A stretch of 64,000 nucleotides of DNA from Chiloscyllium plagiosum (taxonomy: Eukaryota). Shown one piece after another: positions 62,401 to 64,000 of the stretch. Position 1 is the first letter of the stretch. Each line of letters opens with the position of its first letter. Position numbers and translations under genes: made by a program. Where the stretch lies: positions 4,301,137 through 4,365,136 of the forward strand of contig NC_057751.1 of assembly GCF_004010195.1 (NCBI RefSeq), written 5' to 3'. The notes beneath the pieces were generated by a model. It was not told the origin of the DNA, did no database searches, and saw only the letters and a program-made list of their open reading frames with translations.

Positions 62401-63266
62401 TGCACAACGATGCTTCGATGCCCAGCTCCCAGTGAAGCCCTCTCACCCGCCCACCCACCAGTCAGCCCCAGGCTTGGCAAGCTCTGAGGTAACCTGAGGT
62501 GGGGTGGGATTGGGGTTGGGTGGGGGGGGGGGGGGAGAAATGGCTCCAGGAACACAACGCAGAGGGTCGGAGGGGGATGGTGATTGGTGGATGCAGGGAG
62601 GCAGTTATTATGATTGGTCAGCAGGAACAGAGGAGGAAGATGGACAGGTCAGGGTGGAGGGGAAGGGAAGGGCTAGACATGGGATCAGGCAGGGGGAAGG
62701 GGTGGAGGGAATTTGAAGCTGGGGTCAACTCTGTGTTAAGACCATAAGACAAAGGAGTGGAAGTAAGGCCATTGGCCCATCGAGTCTGATGGCTGATGGG
62801 TATTTCAACTCCGCTTACCCGCACTCTCCCAGTATGCCTTAATTCCTTGCAGATTAAGAGACGTCCCTGCAGGGAGTGGGAATTAAAACGGATGCCTTCT
62901 GCAAGGTGGGGTAGATCACTGAGTGCAGAGCACAAATGCTCTGTGAACTGGTGCCTGAGTCTGCATTTGGTCTCCACCCCACTCCACTCCACCCCACCAC
63001 AGACGAAGCTCAGACAGACCTCGCAAATCGCAGTGGGTGCTCAGCCCGCAGCATGTTTCCCCCTCCCCAGGGGCAATGCCACGTGTGATGGAGGGGTGAG
63101 AGTGGGGCAGTCTCAGATACTCACTCATCCACTCCAGTGGCGTCTCCGTGCAGCGTGCAGTACCAGTTCACGGGCAGAAACTCCACCCGGCCAATCTTCT
63201 GCTCCTCAGCCGCCCTCCTGAAGTGAGTCTGAAGCAGGCTGAGAGAGGCGTTGCGGAAATCGTTGA
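47400..63266 (-). CDS. DDHD2: Phospholipase DDHD2 (intracellular PLA1/TAG lipase), 3' part with 11 exons; the 5' exons lie beyond the window
   Basis: Phase-compatible AG/GT exons encode the lipase motif AGHSLG, a SAM domain ([11 protein letters not shown]) and the DDHD domain ([41 protein letters not shown]). Residues such as [10 protein letters not shown] and RMHL, plus linkage to PLPP5, favour DDHD2 over SEC23IP. Confidence 0.92.
47660..47832. repeat. G-rich minisatellite (gggggactggggg..tcagacaga) spanning an N gap
   Basis: Repeated unit of about 22 nt on both sides of the gap. Confidence 0.75.
47901..48066 (-). CDS. DDHD2: DDHD2 exon (...[15 protein letters not shown]...SHLCY)
   Basis: ttgaag| and |gtaagg. 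Confidence 0.88.
48332..49032 (+). mobile_element. Solo LTR (family A)
   Basis: Homologous to 19424-20146; ends ...gtcgtaaca. Confidence 0.72.
49237..50630 (-). mobile_element. Young 5'-truncated CR1-type LINE
   Basis: 235-aa open C-terminal ORF2 segment (49317-50024), KFADDTK and [10 protein letters not shown] motifs, (ctctatga)n tail. Confidence 0.92.
50820..51120 (+). mobile_element. CR1-type LINE 3' end
   Basis: Same 3' end family as 30690-30946. Confidence 0.8.
51383..51559 (-). CDS. DDHD2: DDHD2 exon ([14 protein letters not shown]...KEIQ)
   Basis: aaacag| and |gtagtg. Confidence 0.85.
51835..52395 (-). mobile_element. Solo LTR (family B)
   Basis: TG...CA termini and 4-bp TSD ACAC (51831-51834 / 52396-52399); homologue at about 56043-56611. 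Confidence 0.72.
53068..53170 (-). CDS. DDHD2: DDHD2 exon ([10 protein letters not shown]...RMHL)
   Basis: ctgcag| and |gtaagg. Confidence 0.92.
53454..53672 (-). mobile_element. Palindromic Penelope-derived element with two hammerhead-like cores
   Basis: Palindrome centred on ggaattcc (53578-53585); 15-bp TSD AGGCCAGCA(G/T)TTATA at 53439-53453 / 53672-53686. Confidence 0.87.
53930..54460 (+). mobile_element. Non-LTR retrotransposon (CR1/L2 superfamily) 3' end
   Basis: [12 protein letters not shown] / [13 protein letters not shown] / [17 protein letters not shown]2 C-terminal remnants. Confidence 0.7.
54760..54915 (-). CDS. DDHD2: DDHD2 exon (VSVNYP...FNIYHP)
   Basis: ctgcag| and |gtgagt. 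Confidence 0.92.
55540..56970 (+). mobile_element. Old CR1 remnant interrupted by a family B solo LTR (about 56043-56611)
   Basis: [16 protein letters not shown]; the inserted segment is similar to the reverse complement of 51835-52395. Confidence 0.65.
57011..57172 (-). CDS. DDHD2: DDHD2 exon (linker...FDVGIGQ)
   Basis: gacag| and |gtaagc; the 5' boundary is less certain. Confidence 0.78.
57467..57562 (-). CDS. DDHD2: DDHD2 exon (SAM domain, part 2)
   Basis: [22 protein letters not shown]; ccccag| and |gtacac. Confidence 0.88.
57601..57925 (-). mobile_element. Penelope-like 3' UTR/pLTR fragment
   Basis: Homologous to 23686-24000. Confidence 0.8.
57663..57690 (-). ncRNA. Minimal hammerhead ribozyme core (PLE type); activity unproven
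   Basis: Minus strand reads CUGAUGA-A-GGGC-uuuu-GCCC-GAAA-C-GUC. Confidence 0.6.
58155..58244 (-). CDS. DDHD2: DDHD2 exon (SAM domain, part 1)
   Basis: [30 protein letters not shown]; ccccag| and |gtgagg. Confidence 0.88.
60141..60247 (-). CDS. DDHD2: DDHD2 exon ([12 protein letters not shown]...SCIK)
   Basis: tttacag| and |gtaatc. Confidence 0.82.
60947..61215 (+). mobile_element. HE1-like V-SINE
   Basis: A box tggctcagtgg, B box ggttcgattcc (61001-61011), V domain. Confidence 0.85.
61632..61840 (-). CDS. DDHD2: DDHD2 exon (DIRKITLPS...AGHSL)
   Basis: ctccag| and |gtaaga; contains the catalytic Ser. Confidence 0.92.
63125..63266 (-). CDS. DDHD2: DDHD2 exon (VNDFRNAS...GDATGVD)
   Basis: cacag| and |gtgagt. 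Confidence 0.9.
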
Positions 63267-63964
63267 CTGTGACGAGCAGAGAGAGCGAGTTAGGCAGCAG
63301 CTTGAGTGGGCAGCTGCCCTCCATCCACGCCCTCGGACAGGGCAACGTTGCCTCTGGGAAGTAGGTGGGGGTGAGGCCAACGTTGCCTCTGGTCATCGTG
63401 CCACAGACCAGAGGACAGCAGAACTCCTTTCCCCTCCCCCTGCCTGTCAGATCTGCTGCCAATCCCCGGGAACACTGCCCTGACACAGTGACCACTCAAA
63501 GCAGCTGAGTCCCTCCAAGGTGTCCACAGGGAAAGCTGCAAGGACAGCAGGAGGCGGTAGACTGACCCCAGGGCATCTCTGGGACAAGGGAAAACCACCT
63601 GCAGCAATGTCCAACACATTCCCAAACGAAACTGAGTGGTCCACCCCAAATCCCGGCACTCAACTTAAGTTTCCACTCTGTGCATTCATTTGACAAACTC
63701 CCACCCCCCCGCTTTTTGCTTCCTTTTCCAGTGAAGGAACTTGAACAGAAGCTGGGAAACTTTGGCTGTCTGTGGCTTGACATATTTCTGAGAGGCAAAA
63801 AAGAACTCCCCGGTGTGAATTTCTGCGCAGAGTGTGGCAGCACTGTGCACAGTCTTAGCAACTGGCACAAATACAGTGACACAGCTCACAATAACCCCGA
63901 ACTGGTCACCAAACAGCAGGAATGTGCCTCACACCCTGGTCATGTGTGTGGGGATGTGGGATGG

Positions 63965-64000
63965 CATGGTGGCTCAGTCATTAGTACTGCTACCTCTCAG
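63965..64000 (+). mobile_element. 5' start of an HE1-like SINE (runs off the window)
   Basis: ggcatggtggctcagtcattagtactgctacctctcag resembles the 5' end of the SINE at 60947. Confidence 0.55.

Overview
Vertebrate genomic DNA, very likely a cartilaginous fish (shark), inferred from the repeat landscape: CR1-type LINEs, HE1-like tRNA/V-domain SINEs and Penelope-like elements. It is a draft assembly with four N gaps. Most entries in the ORF track are repeat-derived or spurious, and the real genes are split into short exons. The + strand carries the last four coding exons of PLPP5 (80-10676) and a NUDT18/MTH3 homologue that looks pseudogenised (duplicated exon 1, in-frame TGA, two frameshifts), downstream of a CpG-island promoter at about 22.4-22.9 kb. 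The - strand carries the last eleven coding exons of DDHD2 (63266-47400). About 2.3 kb beyond the DDHD2 stop lie two intact exons encoding a RASSF2-like SARAH domain (45117-44472), with no visible upstream RASSF exons. Many Penelope-derived terminal repeats carry minimal hammerhead-ribozyme cores, and several form short palindromic insertions, two with 14-15 bp target-site duplications. Solo LTRs and local tandem or inverted duplications are also present. Protein identities come from manual translation compared with remembered vertebrate orthologue sequences; no database search was run.
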